Assembly (NCBI GenBank): GCA_950097015.1
Contig: CATNEN010000024.1
Span: 6,634,001 to 6,698,000, forward strand
Reading direction: 5' to 3'
From: Macrostomum hystrix
Lineage: Eukaryota; Animalia; Platyhelminthes
DNA: 64,000 nucleotides
Shown here: in pieces, positions 37,497 to 48,373 of the stretch
Numbering within the stretch: the stretch's first letter is position 1
Layout of the letters: the number at the start of each line of letters is the position of its first letter
Notes under the pieces: generated by a model
What the model saw: only the letters and a program-made list of their open reading frames with translations
Databases searched by the model: none
Told to the model about the DNA's origin: nothing
Program-made: the position numbers and the translations under genes

Positions 37497-37922
37497 GTGA
37501 GATGAGACCTCTCTTAGTTGGCACAAGTCTCAAGTCACTCAATGGTGGACTCCATATTATAAGCCTTCTATTTTTTCGCGTTCAGTCACCCTAGCTGGCA
37601 GTGAAAAGTCGATTAGAAACGATGGACTAACTTACCTTACACTCGGAGTTTACAGTAGCTGTTGAGCAGCAGCAAATTAGCGTACGTGGATACAGTGATT
37701 CTCTGAGGCACTAATACCTGACCCTAAAGAGCGCTTATCTCGCTTTTCAAACTCCTGGGTGACGGGATGACTACGTTGTCCAGTAAAGCAACATAGGCAC
37801 ATTAATCGCAATCCAATATTAGTGAGCCTACAGAACTACTCGTACTCGTTACTCGTACATTGCAATGTCAGATAATAACTTCTGCCATCACTGTTTTATC
37901 TGTCATCGTGCCCTTCTCGCAG

Positions 37923-38269
37923 CATGCCAACCCTGATCGAGGCTCTGGAGTTGGCTGGCTTTAACCTGCAGCGGATGAAATATCTGCACAACAGAGCAAT
38001 GGTGCAGCAGGGCATCATCCGCTGCCAGATTGCCGACAGCATCGACTGGAGCGGCTGCGAGGCGCACCTTGTTGGCAGCTACAGAGACGGCTGCGGAAAC
38101 TCCTTCGTGTGCGCCGATGGCAGCACGGACTTGTCCTCGGACATTGATGTCCTCCTGGTGGACAAGAGCTTGAAGACCTTGCACATCGAACCATTTTGCC
38201 AGTGTCCAGCAGTTTTGTACAGCGACAAAGTGTCCTATGAGGATGGACACGTGATGGTCTCTGGATTCT
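37923..38269 (+). CDS. Ankyrin-cGLR fusion exon 2 (nucleotidyltransferase GS and DID motifs)
   Basis: ctcgcag acceptor completes a Cys codon in frame; HLVGSYRDG...SSDIDVLL is the hGS-x-DhD signature of the pol-beta/Mab-21/cGAS fold; donor T|gtgagt at 38270. Confidence 0.85.
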
Positions 38270-38353
38270 GTGAGTTCGTGACCTTTCCTTGACAATGATT
38301 ATCAATTAGAATATCTGGCAAAATTATAATCTATGATCAAACTTACCTTTTAG

Positions 38354-39897
38354 CCTCAAATCCAACAAAGTATTATGGACCTTCTCGCTTGAAGCCCGCC
38401 ATGGACATGGTGCCAGCCCAGTGGTGCTGCTGCTACCCGACGATTGCGTTGTTCGAAAACGCACGCCACTTTCCCAAGCACGTTCTTGACAAGCTGAAGG
38501 TCGAGGTTGCGAGGCCGCAGTCCTGTCACGTGGTCTCGGCTTCGGCGCCGGACAAGCGCGGAAAGCAGAAGCGGATCGGAACTACATTCCTGGAAAGGAT
38601 CGTCATGGAGAATCTCACCTCCGAGCAATGCAAGTTCTTTGTGACTCTCAAGTACCTCGTCAAGTGTGTCATTTCAAATCAAGCTCCAGGACTGAAGACA
38701 TACCATGTCAAGACTCTGCTTTTCGAGGCTCTAGATGCTACCCCACCAGAGCAGTGGCAGCATGAGACACTGCGTTTGATGCTTCTCATGGCTCTGGAAA
38801 CCATGGAGTCGAAGTTGCGAGCGATGCAATCAGGTGATTTGAAGTTCCTGCAGCATTTCTTCCTGCCCCATGCTGTGATCTATCTGAAGGACTCCAGCAA
38901 CCCAGCTGCGATAGCTGACTCGCTCCGGAATGTAATCGACAGCATTGACGAGAGGCTCAGCGAGTTTGCTGCCACTTTGAGACGTGCTGACAACTGCATC
39001 GTATTCAACCCGTTCCTGAATCTCGCGCTAGTTCAGTGTAAATTGCAGTACTCAGATAACTGTCCTTCACAAGATGATCTGAAGGATTTACCGTCCAATC
39101 TGTACACCGCAATGGCTGCTGTAAACAAATGTATGAACATGTTAGACCAACACAAGCCAGAGACAATGGCTGACTTTAGTGAAGCCGTAGCTGCACTGGC
39201 TCTCACAGAACACATCGGACCCTTTGCCATCTCTGCCAAAGTGTCAATAAGAGTTCTGATCCTGATGAAGCTTGGACGGCAGGATCAGGCTCGAGACGAG
39301 CTTGTGCAGCTGATCAACAGTAGCCACAGCTCGTCAGAGTGGTTTGCATCGGGTGCTGTCTCACTCAAACACTGCGAATCTGTCCAGGCACTCTCGAAAC
39401 AGCTGCAGCAGAGGAACTGCATAGCCAAGTTCTGTTGTCGACTAGGCGACGATGACGACGATGAGTTCAAGCTCGAGGCTGCGGGAATTCAGCACTTTCA
39501 ATACGACCTGTTTCCCATTGTGCTCTCCAATCACATCAGTGCCTACTATATGAACTTTAATGCGCTGGCCATCTACCTGGCGTTTCTCCTCGTGCCAGCT
39601 GAATGCAGAGACAGATGCGACGAGATGGTGATGAGACTAGCCGAAGACACCAGGGCAGATCTGCAGGAGGTCTTTCTGGCACTGAAGTTCGTTCAGGACA
39701 CTTGCCGGCTGGTTGGTATTGTGCTCAAGCATAGGAGGACCATCGGAGAGGAACCCGTGCTGCAACAGGCGCTGCAACACCGCATCTGCAGTGATGCAAG
39801 TCTTCGTGTGCTCTTTGACTATATATTTAAGAATGAAGTTTTGAAACTAAAATTCGTAAACATTTTACAAGCATATGAGTTTGGTCTTATTAAATAA
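38354..39897 (+). CDS. Ankyrin-cGLR fusion exon 3 (Mab-21/cGAS C-terminal lobe plus helical extension)
   Basis: ttttag acceptor in frame; MDMVPA (third acidic residue), FLERIVMENL..LKYLVK..LKTYHVKTLLF..W..FLQHFFLPHAVIY are typical Mab-21/cGLR motifs. The last ~20 codons may be replaced by a further exon at 39922. Confidence 0.85.
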
Positions 39898-40354
39898 TTC
39901 CTTGCCCCCCTTACATTTCAGAAAAAATTTGAAGAGTCAATCATCGACTGGACTTGCGGGCAAATTCTTGGAGACCCTGGCTCCTTGTGCACTCATGGAA
40001 CATCCTGTGGAACTGGCTGAACACCAGATGCGATTGGCAGTCACAGTGGTCGAAGCTCCGAGTCAATATTTTAAACTGTCTCGTGAACTATTCTTCTATT
40101 CTGATCTCACAGCACATTTCGTATAAGAGTTCTTCCATTTTCCTCATGGCGTCGAAATGCAAAATCCATGGCAGGTACAACAAACAAAATACAGTAAGTT
40201 ATTCTGTTTTAACCGTCATCCTCAATTTCGACTAACTCTGAGTCAAACCGTAAACCGCCGCAATCTTTTCCAGAAATGAAACAGACTGAAGAGGCTAAAA
40301 ACTTTAATCAGAGCATTCTCGCTCCTCAGTTCAGTTCCTGAAGAGAGAAGAAAT

Positions 40355-40590
40355 TAGTCAGTTTGACTAAGGACCAACAGCTCCTACAGATTTGTAATTA
40401 CAGTTTACGGTCCAGGGCCACCTAGCTTCCTGAGCTACCAGGACTGTTCAGTCTCTTTTTGTCAAACTTTGTCAACTTCGGTCATGTTTAATAAAGGCTT
40501 TATAAATGAAAATGAAACGAATAAACTAATTATCATACTGTTGTGTATGGTGATAATGAATTTCTAAAACGGCCCTTCTCAGGGCCGCCA
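40355..40590. mobile_element. Partial second copy of the 45059 element
   Basis: Near-identical to 45085-45335 (TAGTCAGTTTGACTAAGGACCAACAGC..GGCCCTTCTCAGGGCCG). Confidence 0.75.
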
Positions 40591-41069
40591 TTTGAATTGC
40601 TGTGCTTTTTAGATCATGAACTTTTATGCTAGCTACTGTTAGAAGACTGGTTCGTTCGTGCTGCTTATTACTAAAAAATAATTTGGCTTGTTTTGTAAAG
40701 TATCGATCGACTAGTTTTTTAGTTCTAATGAATGTGTAAGCACAAGCTGCACAGACCATCTACCGTGTTGCCTAGAGTACAACAACACATAAGATTTACG
40801 ATTTAAGATGGAGTATACTTATTACCGATTTAGTTAGAAATGCGGAGACAGGAAGTAGTGATTGATCAATTAAGGTGACTCGCTTTATTAAATTACGAGT
40901 AGATTGTAGTTTCAACGAAAAACGGAAATGGATATACACGCATCTGAATGAGGCTTAATTGACATAATTGTTTGTTGATTTGTTAAGTTGTTTTACAACG
41001 ACTAATTACTTTTTAACTATTGCGTGTCGGCACAATGAACTACTTTCTATGGCCTAGCCGCATTCTGCA

Positions 41070-41320
41070 GGGGGGTGAGTGGCGGACCGGTAGACGACTA
41101 GCTGACTACTGTCGACACTAGCACCAAAGGCCCTGACCTCGAATCCGCAGTGAGAACACATTATTTTGGGCGCAGCCGCGGAGAGAAGGCTTGGGGCTTG
41201 TAGTGCAATTTACGCACACGAGGGTCAACCCCCAAGGCACAGTGTGACTGTTTACCATGAAGGGCAATTGAGAAAGTCAGGGCAGGTCAGGAAAGACACC
41301 CTATGAATGTCTGTGCTCAG
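41070..41320 (+). mobile_element. tRNA-derived SINE family A copy
   Basis: GGGGGTGAGTGGCGG..ACCTCGAATCCGC..GCCGCGGAGAGAAGGCTTGGGGCTTG. Confidence 0.7.
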
Positions 41321-41698
41321 GAGTAATCGAAATGAGCAGAATTGAATTCTTGATGTCTGCGGTTCGACTGTCGTCCAAACGATGCAGTTTCCAAAAACTG
41401 ACCCTATGAATATTGTTAAGATTATTATCAGATAACTAGTCCTTTTAATGCGCATTTTATTGATATAAATTGATTAAGAGAAACGGTAGAAACATGTTAA
41501 AATCGAACAATAGTAAACTTGTATTAGAAAAATTTCATAATTGACAGACAGTAAAAAATATACTTTTAGATTCAACAGTTAGATAGTTAAGAGAGCAAGC
41601 CACAACACAGTTAGATGATTACAGGGATGCACTGGACATAACACAGCAGATATAGTACATAAGCATTCGTAAAAGTAACCTGTTCAGTTCCAAATTAA

Positions 41699-42333
41699 TC
41701 AATTAATGATCAAATCTGCGCCAACAGCAAGGTCATAGTCGATTTCCGACATCATAGCCGACCTGCGCAGGGCGGAGAACCGACTGCTTAATAAAGACGA
41801 CTTGCGACCAGCGGGTGCGTCCGCTGCGCCGGACACATTCCCTAGTTTGGAACCCAGCGTAGTGCACTGCCCGGCTAGGCCCGCTTCGAACACGTGCTGA
41901 TGCGTGGTCTCCAGGTGGCGCAACACGTGGCTAATCCTGTGGAAGGTGCTGCAACAGATCTTATTTAGCGGACACATGAATGGATCCTTCAGCGGACGCC
42001 TGGAAGATCGAATGCGCTTCTTGGATACCTTCGGTTTGTCGACAGTCTCAGTAGCAGCTGGGTCTTCAATCGATTTCAATTCAACAATGCTAACATTGGC
42101 CTCCTCGATGCTGACTGTGCCGTCGCACCCAGTGGCTTCGTCGCTGCCGCAATGCTCAGCCAGGTGCTCTCTTAGATGCTGCACATTGGCTAGTTTGAGT
42201 CCACATTCAATGAACGGACATAGCAGCGGTTCCAGCTGCTGTTCCCGCCGCTTCTGCACAGCCTCATCACGGTGAATTTGACTATCAGATTTCTTTCCTG
42301 CAGGTCGCCTCTTCTCTGCTTTAGCGACAGCGC
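41699..42333 (-). CDS. Zinc-finger protein, final exon (2 fingers)
   Basis: ttttcag acceptor, phase 1; CPFIECGLKLANVQHLREHLAEHC and CPLNKICCSTFHRISHVLRHLETTH. Confidence 0.75.
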
Positions 42334-42464
42334 CTGAAAACACAACACAGTGCCTATTGTTAATAATAATAATAATAATTTTTGCAGGGGCTGTGAGCAC
42401 TGGACTCATTATTTGGCCCGCAGTCAGCGAGGAGGCTCTTCTGTCCATTCCACTGACTCTTGAG

Positions 42465-42560
42465 CACGCACTCACGTACAGTCACACCGGTGTACACATC
42501 TGCCATGACTTCTCATCGTCAGGCAGTGTACTCTCACTGTGCCATTGGAGTTGATCGAGA
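42465..42560 (-). mobile_element. SINE family A 3' fragment (zinc-finger gene intron)
   Basis: CATCGTCAGGCAGTGTACTCTCACTGTGCC matches 47670-47705. Confidence 0.55.
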
Positions 42561-42619
42561 CACCCCTTCCCCCAGTTAGGGCTAGTTGTCACCCCCTGGC
42601 TCTTAGGGATGCAACGTAC

Positions 42620-43205
42620 CGGCGTCATCAGCAGCCGCAGCATTGACGACTCGCTTGCGTCCTGGGCGGGATGAATCAATGCGACCGGCGCTATGAACAA
42701 CATCCAGATGTCGGCGCAGGTGACTGGTCCGACCAAACGGCTTGTAGCACAGGTGGCAGGTTAGTCGTTTAATACCGGCGTGTTTGATCTCAACGTGCCG
42801 CTTCAGGTCGTGCAGCCGGTTAAAGAGGGTGTCGCAATGCTCGCACTGATGCGGCTGACGACCCTGGTTGGCCTCCCTACCTGAGCAGTAGGACAGGTGA
42901 GCTTTGTAGCTAATGTTGTTCGAGTAGCTACCGCCGCAGCTTTCGCATCGAATAATGACGTCATCGGCGGAGTCGTTGAGAGAAGCGGCTAGAATACAGC
43001 TCTTCTGGTGAATGACAGCGTACGCTTTGGTCTTAAAAGCTTTGCCGCAATGCTCACAATTGGTGAGCTGCTCATCGCTTTCTGCCATCGAGTTTCTTTT
43101 CTTTGGTTCAGGAGAAGTTGAACAGTCGGCGCTGGTGTCAGCCTCACTCTTGACTTCATCAGCCGAATCATTGACTCTCTTAGGGGTCCTCTTGAACCGC
43201 TTCAT
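42620..43205 (-). CDS. Zinc-finger protein, exon with 4 C2H2/C2HC fingers
   Basis: ATG at 43205 after acceptor ctgcag (43216); CEHC..HQKSC, CESC..HLSYC, CEHC..HVEIKH, CHLC..HLDVVH; donor G|gtacgt joins the next exon in frame. Start codon uncertain. Confidence 0.8.
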
Positions 43206-43276
43206 TGCTAAGGGGCTGCAGTTTGAGGCAGTAGAATAATGTATTAAGAAAAAAATAATGCAAATGCATATGCCTG

Positions 43277-44440
43277 AACCAAACCGGACACTGCACCTGA
43301 ACCAATTCTGACACTGCACCTGAACCAATTCTGACACTGCACCTGAACCAATTCTGACACTGCACCTGAACCAATTCTGACACTGCACCTGAACCAATCC
43401 TGACACTGTACCTGAACCAATCCTGACACTGTACCTGAACCAATTCTGACACTGCACCTGAACCAATTCTAACACTGCACCTGAACCAATCCTGACACTG
43501 CACCTGAACCAATCCTGACAATGCACCTGAACCAATCCTGACAATGCACCTGAACCAATCCTGACACTGTACCTGAACCAATCCTGACACTGTACCTGAA
43601 CCAATCCTGACACTGCACCTGAACCAATTCTGACACTGCACCTGAACCAATTCTGACACTGCACCTGAACCAATTCTGACACTGCACCTGAACCAATTCT
43701 GACACAGCATGTGATTCTGAACCAATTCTGACACTGCACCTGAACCAATTCTAACACTGCAACAGAACCAATCCTGACACTGTACCTGAACCAATCCTGA
43801 CACTGTACCTGAACCAATCCTGACACTGCACCTGAACCAATTCTGACACTGCACCTGAACCAATTCTGACACTGCACCTGAACCAATCCTGACACTGTAC
43901 CTGAACCAATCCTGACACTGTACCTGAACCAATTCTGACACTGCACCTGAACCAATTCTAACACTGCACCTGAACCAATCCTGACACTGTACCTGAACCA
44001 ATCCTGACACTGTACCTGAACCAATCCTGACACTGCACCTGAACCAATTCTGACACAGCATGTGATTCTGAACCAATTCTGACACAGCATGTGATTCTGA
44101 ACCAATCCTGACACTGCACCTGAACCAATCCTGACAATGCACCTGAACCAATCCTGACAATGCACCTGAACCAATCCTGACACTGTACCTGAACCAATCC
44201 TGACACTGTACCTGAACCAATCCTGACACTGCACCTGAACCAATCCTGACACTGTACCTGAACCAATCCTGACACTGCACCTGAACCAATCCTGACACTG
44301 CACCTGAACCAATCCTGACACTGTACCTGAACCAATCCTGACACTGCACCTGAAACAATTCTGACACTGCACCTGAACCAATTCTGACACTGCACCTGAA
44401 CCAAGCCTGACACTGCACCTGAACCAAGCCTGACATTGCA
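43277..44440. repeat. 23-bp minisatellite upstream of the zinc-finger coding exon
   Basis: ACACTG(C/T)ACCTGAACCAAT(T/C)CTG repeated. Confidence 0.96.
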
Positions 44441-45058
44441 CTATAACTCTAAAATATAGGTACTTTTGTAAATTATAGAAATTGTTTAGAATGAATAATA
44501 AAACATGACGATATTAAACCAGTAAATCTGTATAATTACTAGAGAAAAAGTGTAAAAATGTATGCTATTAAAAAGAAAACATTAAAAAGTGCCTAGAGAA
44601 GACAACGGCCACTGATTGAAAGCAGGTGTATAAAGCATAAAGTAGGGAGTTTCGATTTGAAAAAATTCATAAAATTACAATAGGAATTACAAACACAGCC
44701 TTACCTCATAAACAAAAAATCATTTTCATTTGTAAATAATCAATTAAAATGGTGTGTTTGAATGTACTCTAAATATCGTCAAAGAGATCAGTTAGGCTTC
44801 AAAGCTGGCGATAGTGTTGGCAGGCCAGACAGAACACGTAGTTTGCTTATCTCTAACTACGCGAAGTTAAATTGATATATCGATAGGTTTGACAGCTAAC
44901 ACTGTTGAGCTTGATTTGTAGGCGATAAGCTGATGAGCAATAATGGTAGCCTCCGAAGCCTCCGAAGCCTCCGAAAGGGTCGCTGGAAGGTTAAAAACTA
45001 TTATTACACAAGCTATTCGAATAATAATCATCTTACTTTGCAACTATGCTGTTACAAT

Positions 45059-46103
45059 ACTGACACTGACAATTGGCCCTTACTAGTCAGTTTGACTAAG
45101 GACCAACAGCTACAAATTTGTAATTACAGTTTACGGTCCAGGGCCACCTAGCTTCCTGAGCTACCAAGACTGTTCAGTCTCTTTTTGTCAAACTTTTTCA
45201 ACTTCGGTCATGTTTAATAAAGGCTTTATAAAAGGAAATGAAACGAATAAACTAATGATCATACTGTTGTGTATAGTGATAGTGAATTTCTGAAAGTGTC
45301 AGTTGTGCAGCTGAATGGCCCTTCTCAGGGCCGTGACAGGCAGAGACTGAACAGTCGGTTTACTCCCGATTCACCGATTCCCGATTTGCCGAAATTCCCA
45401 ATTCGCCGAATCCCGATTCACCGAAACTCCCGATTCGCCGAATTCCTGATTCGCCGAAATTCCCGATTCGCCGATTCGCGATTCGCCGAATTCCCTCTTT
45501 GCCGAAAAATTTCCTAAGAACATTTTTGCTGAGCTACCGTACCTCATTACGCTTTTACTTTCGGCTCTACAAGGATGTCCAGCAAGTTTTGCTTTTTCCG
45601 AAGTACGTGTGATGTTCTTCTTTGCTCACTCAATCTACGTTCCAGAAAGTTAATAAAGTTTAGAAGCAAATTTACAAGTTAATGAATCAAGAAACTGCAT
45701 TTCATTTAAGTTAGTTTTTTAATTAATTTCAATACAATAGAAATAGAGTTCCAATGTTTGACCAACACTCAAAGAGGCAATGGTTATGTGGTTTAATTTT
45801 AATTTATGATAAAGTAAGATGTATTGGATCAGGATTCAGCGAATCAGGATTCGAGTTAGGAATTTCGGCGAATCGGGAATTCGGCGAGTCAGGAATTTCG
45901 GCGAATCGGGAATTCGGCGAGTCAGGAATTTCGGCGAATCGGGAATTTCAGCAAATCGGGAATCGGCGAATCGGGAGTAAACCGAACAGTCCTGGTAGCT
46001 CAGTAAGCTAGGTGACCCTGGACCGTAAACTGTAATTACAAATTTGTAGGAGCTGTTGGTCCTTAGTCAAACTGACTAGTAAGGGCCAATTGTCAGTGTC
46101 AGT
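45059..46103. mobile_element. Foldback/MITE with TIRs of more than 110 bp, interrupted by the nested MITE
   Basis: ACTGACACTGACAATTGGCCCTTACTAGTCAGTTTGACTAAGG.. is inverted at 45986-46103; no TSD identified. Confidence 0.75.
45356..45984. mobile_element. MITE with CGGTTTACTCCCG termini and TTCGCCGAA-type subterminal repeats, nested in another element
   Basis: Inverted termini at 45356 and 45984; target duplication AACAGT (45350-45355, 45985-45990). Confidence 0.85.
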
Positions 46104-46392
46104 GTCACTATCAATGAACAAAAGTTCATTTTATATTATTAACGACTAGAAATTCACAACAGAGTGCATTTCTAAATAAATACGGGCAGTATCATAACTT
46201 GTCTAATTTTAGATACATCAGCTAAGCAAGTGATAAAAGTTTATTCGTTACTCAGAAGTGGAACACTGGAACCCAAAGTGGTTTACAATTATAATAAATA
46301 AATGGGAAATCAAGTTTAAATGTTCCAATGTTTAAACGAGCGCTCAAGACAAAGACAATAATTAAAAAATATTGAATCTGTTTATCTTGTTA

Positions 46393-46998
46393 TATACTCG
46401 GCAACAGCTAAAACCCCCCAACTCACGCTGTCACACGGCCCAAAAGTTTTGTATGCCATCGGTGACTCAGAAATGCGGCTGGCATCGCACTGAATGGCAA
46501 AACAGAGCTTGTCATTCTGGAGCAGAGTGTAACTGGGCAGACCTATGCAGAGCTGCTACAGCAGCAGTTTCTGCCATTTGCTACGAGAACCTTTGGCGGC
46601 CCGCAGAACTGCATGCTTCAAGACGACAACGCTGCGCCACATCGAGCAGCACACGGGCAGTTGCTAAAGGAGCAGCTCGGCATTTGCACATTGAACTAGC
46701 TGTCAAAGTCTCCAGACATGAACCCCATCGAGCATGTCTGGGACTTTGTAAAGCGAAGAGTTCAGCAGGATGCCCCACAGAATGCTGAACAGTTGCGACT
46801 GGCGGTGCTGAATGCCTGGCAGCAGCTGCCCCAAGAGTTCATCAACCGGCTGGTGATCAGGATGCCACGACGAGTCACGGCACTTTTGCATGCTCGTGGT
46901 TACTACACACGATACTGAGACTAGAATTAAAGACATTGCTTAACTTTTGTGCCCGTGTGACAGCGTGAGTTGGGGGGGTTTAGCTGTTGCTGAGTATA
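46393..46998 (+). mobile_element. Internally deleted Tc1-family transposon (DD34E remnant)
   Basis: About 55-bp TIRs (TACTC(G/A)GCAACAGCTAAA..ACTCACGCTGTCACACGG) flanked by TA; LQDDNAAPH-x-SPDMNPIEHVW with 34 residues between D and E and one in-frame stop. Confidence 0.9.
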
Positions 46999-47030
46999 AC
47001 TCTACCATAGACTAAGCAGTGGCAAGCGTA

Positions 47031-47121
47031 TCAGGTGGCAGACTCTGGTGTCAGAGGCGGTGTCAGGGTGGGTTGATTAGTCAGCACTCGGTTTAGATTG
47101 TCCAGACAGAATTGGTGTAGT
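47031..47121 (-). CDS. GRHPR: Glyoxylate/hydroxypyruvate reductase-like exon 4 (not in ORF track)
   Basis: cattgcag|A CTA CAC.. gives (K)LHQFCLDNLNRVLTNQPTLTP..*, the expected terminal NL..L helix; phase 2 matches donor AA|gtgggt at 47888. Confidence 0.75.
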
Positions 47122-47544
47122 CTGCAATGTCAGCAAAGTGGATGACAAGGTCTTCAATTATTAGCTTTCAAACTAATAGTAAACCCTACTTAAGGATTAA
47201 ATTGAATTCAGAAAGCGATGACAAACCATAAGCCATAGATTGAAGACCTAGCAGAGGTTAGAGTGCGAGGACCAATCAGAAGCATCACAGTGATGAGCAG
47301 CAAGAAACTAGTTCGTATGGACCAATCATCAAAGCAAGTAAGTAAGGACCAATCAGAAGACAGTAAAAAAGGACCAATCAGAAGCTTCACAGTGTCGAGA
47401 AGCAAGAAGCTAGAGATAGAGGACTAAGCAGAAGCCAATGGGAGGGGAGTTTGATTGAATGACCGAAAAGGACCAAAAAAGAGCAAAGCAGGCAAAAAAT
47501 AATAATAATGATTGCAGAAGGGCTGTGGGCAATGGGACATTATT

Positions 47545-47860
47545 TAGTGACCCTAGACCCGCAGCCAGCGAGGAGGCAAATTCTGCCCATTTCGCTGACT
47601 CATGAGCACACACGCACACAGATACTGTACGCAGACACGCTCACACGTGTGTACATCTGCTCAGACTTTCTTATCGTCAGGCAGTGTACACTTTCACTGT
47701 GCCTTGGAGGTTGGCTTTTAAGGGCGTAAATTGCACGACAAGCCCCCAAGCCTTCTCTCCGTGGCTGCGCCCCAAATGAATGTGGCCTCGCCGTGGAATC
47801 GAACTTAGGGACCTTGGCGCGAGAGGCGAACCCGTTAACCGCTTTGCCACCGAACTCCCC
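47545..47860 (-). mobile_element. tRNA-derived SINE family A copy, longest (GRHPR intron 3)
   Basis: Head GGGGAGTTCGGTGGCAAAGCGG..AAGTTCGATTCC; tail GCGAAATGGGCAGAAT.. shared with 20815-20860. Confidence 0.8.
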
Positions 47861-47888
47861 TCAAAGCAGACAAAACACTCGGACCCAC

Positions 47889-48373
47889 TTGGCAAGAGTA
47901 TCCACAGTGTGCGTGCCAACATGCGGCGTGACGGTGACATTGAGAGCGGCGGCCTCAGCGATTAGCGGATGGTCTCCGGGCAGCGGCTCGGGGTCGGTGA
48001 CGTCGAGGCCAGCGCCGAAAATTCTTCCCAGCTCGAGGGCGGCCAACAGGGCGTCGGTGTCCAAAAGGCCACCGCGGCCAACATTCACCAAGAAGGCGGT
48101 CGGCGGCATCAGCGCCAAGCGGCGGGCGTCGATGAGTCGTCGGGTCTCGTCGGTGAGGGGACAGGCGAGCAGCAGGACGTCCGAGCTGGCCACCAGGCTG
48201 TCCAGGCTGGCCAGGAACTCGGCGCCGGACAGTGCGGCTTCAATGTCGGGCGGGGCGCGGCGCCGCTGATGGTAGGCGATGCGCATGCCCAGGCCGCCAG
48301 AACCGCAGCGACGGGCCACCGCGCGACCCACGCTGCCCAGGCCGACGATGCCCAGGCGGCGGCCAAACAGGTC
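47889..48373 (-). CDS. GRHPR: Glyoxylate/hydroxypyruvate reductase-like exon 3 (NAD(P)-binding domain)
   Basis: DLFGRRLGIVGLGSVG, CPLTDETRRLI, LVNVGRGG, GAGLDVTDPEPL, TPHVG: D-2-hydroxyacid dehydrogenase motifs. Confidence 0.92.

Noticed and set aside
43244-44441. Cys-rich N-terminal extension of the 612-aa zinc-finger ORF
   Set aside because: It is the 23-bp array read through; a good acceptor at 43216 precedes the real coding part.
44929-44985. CTGATGAG..CGAAA hammerhead-like motif with a (CCTCCGAAG)3 repeat
   Set aside because: Stem II cannot pair beyond one base pair, and no stems I/III were found.
47410-47619. ORF resembling a dehydrogenase C-terminus (SLAAGLGSLNNVPLP)
   Set aside because: The sequence is the SINE tail (shared with 20815-20860); a phase-compatible terminal exon exists at 47031-47121.
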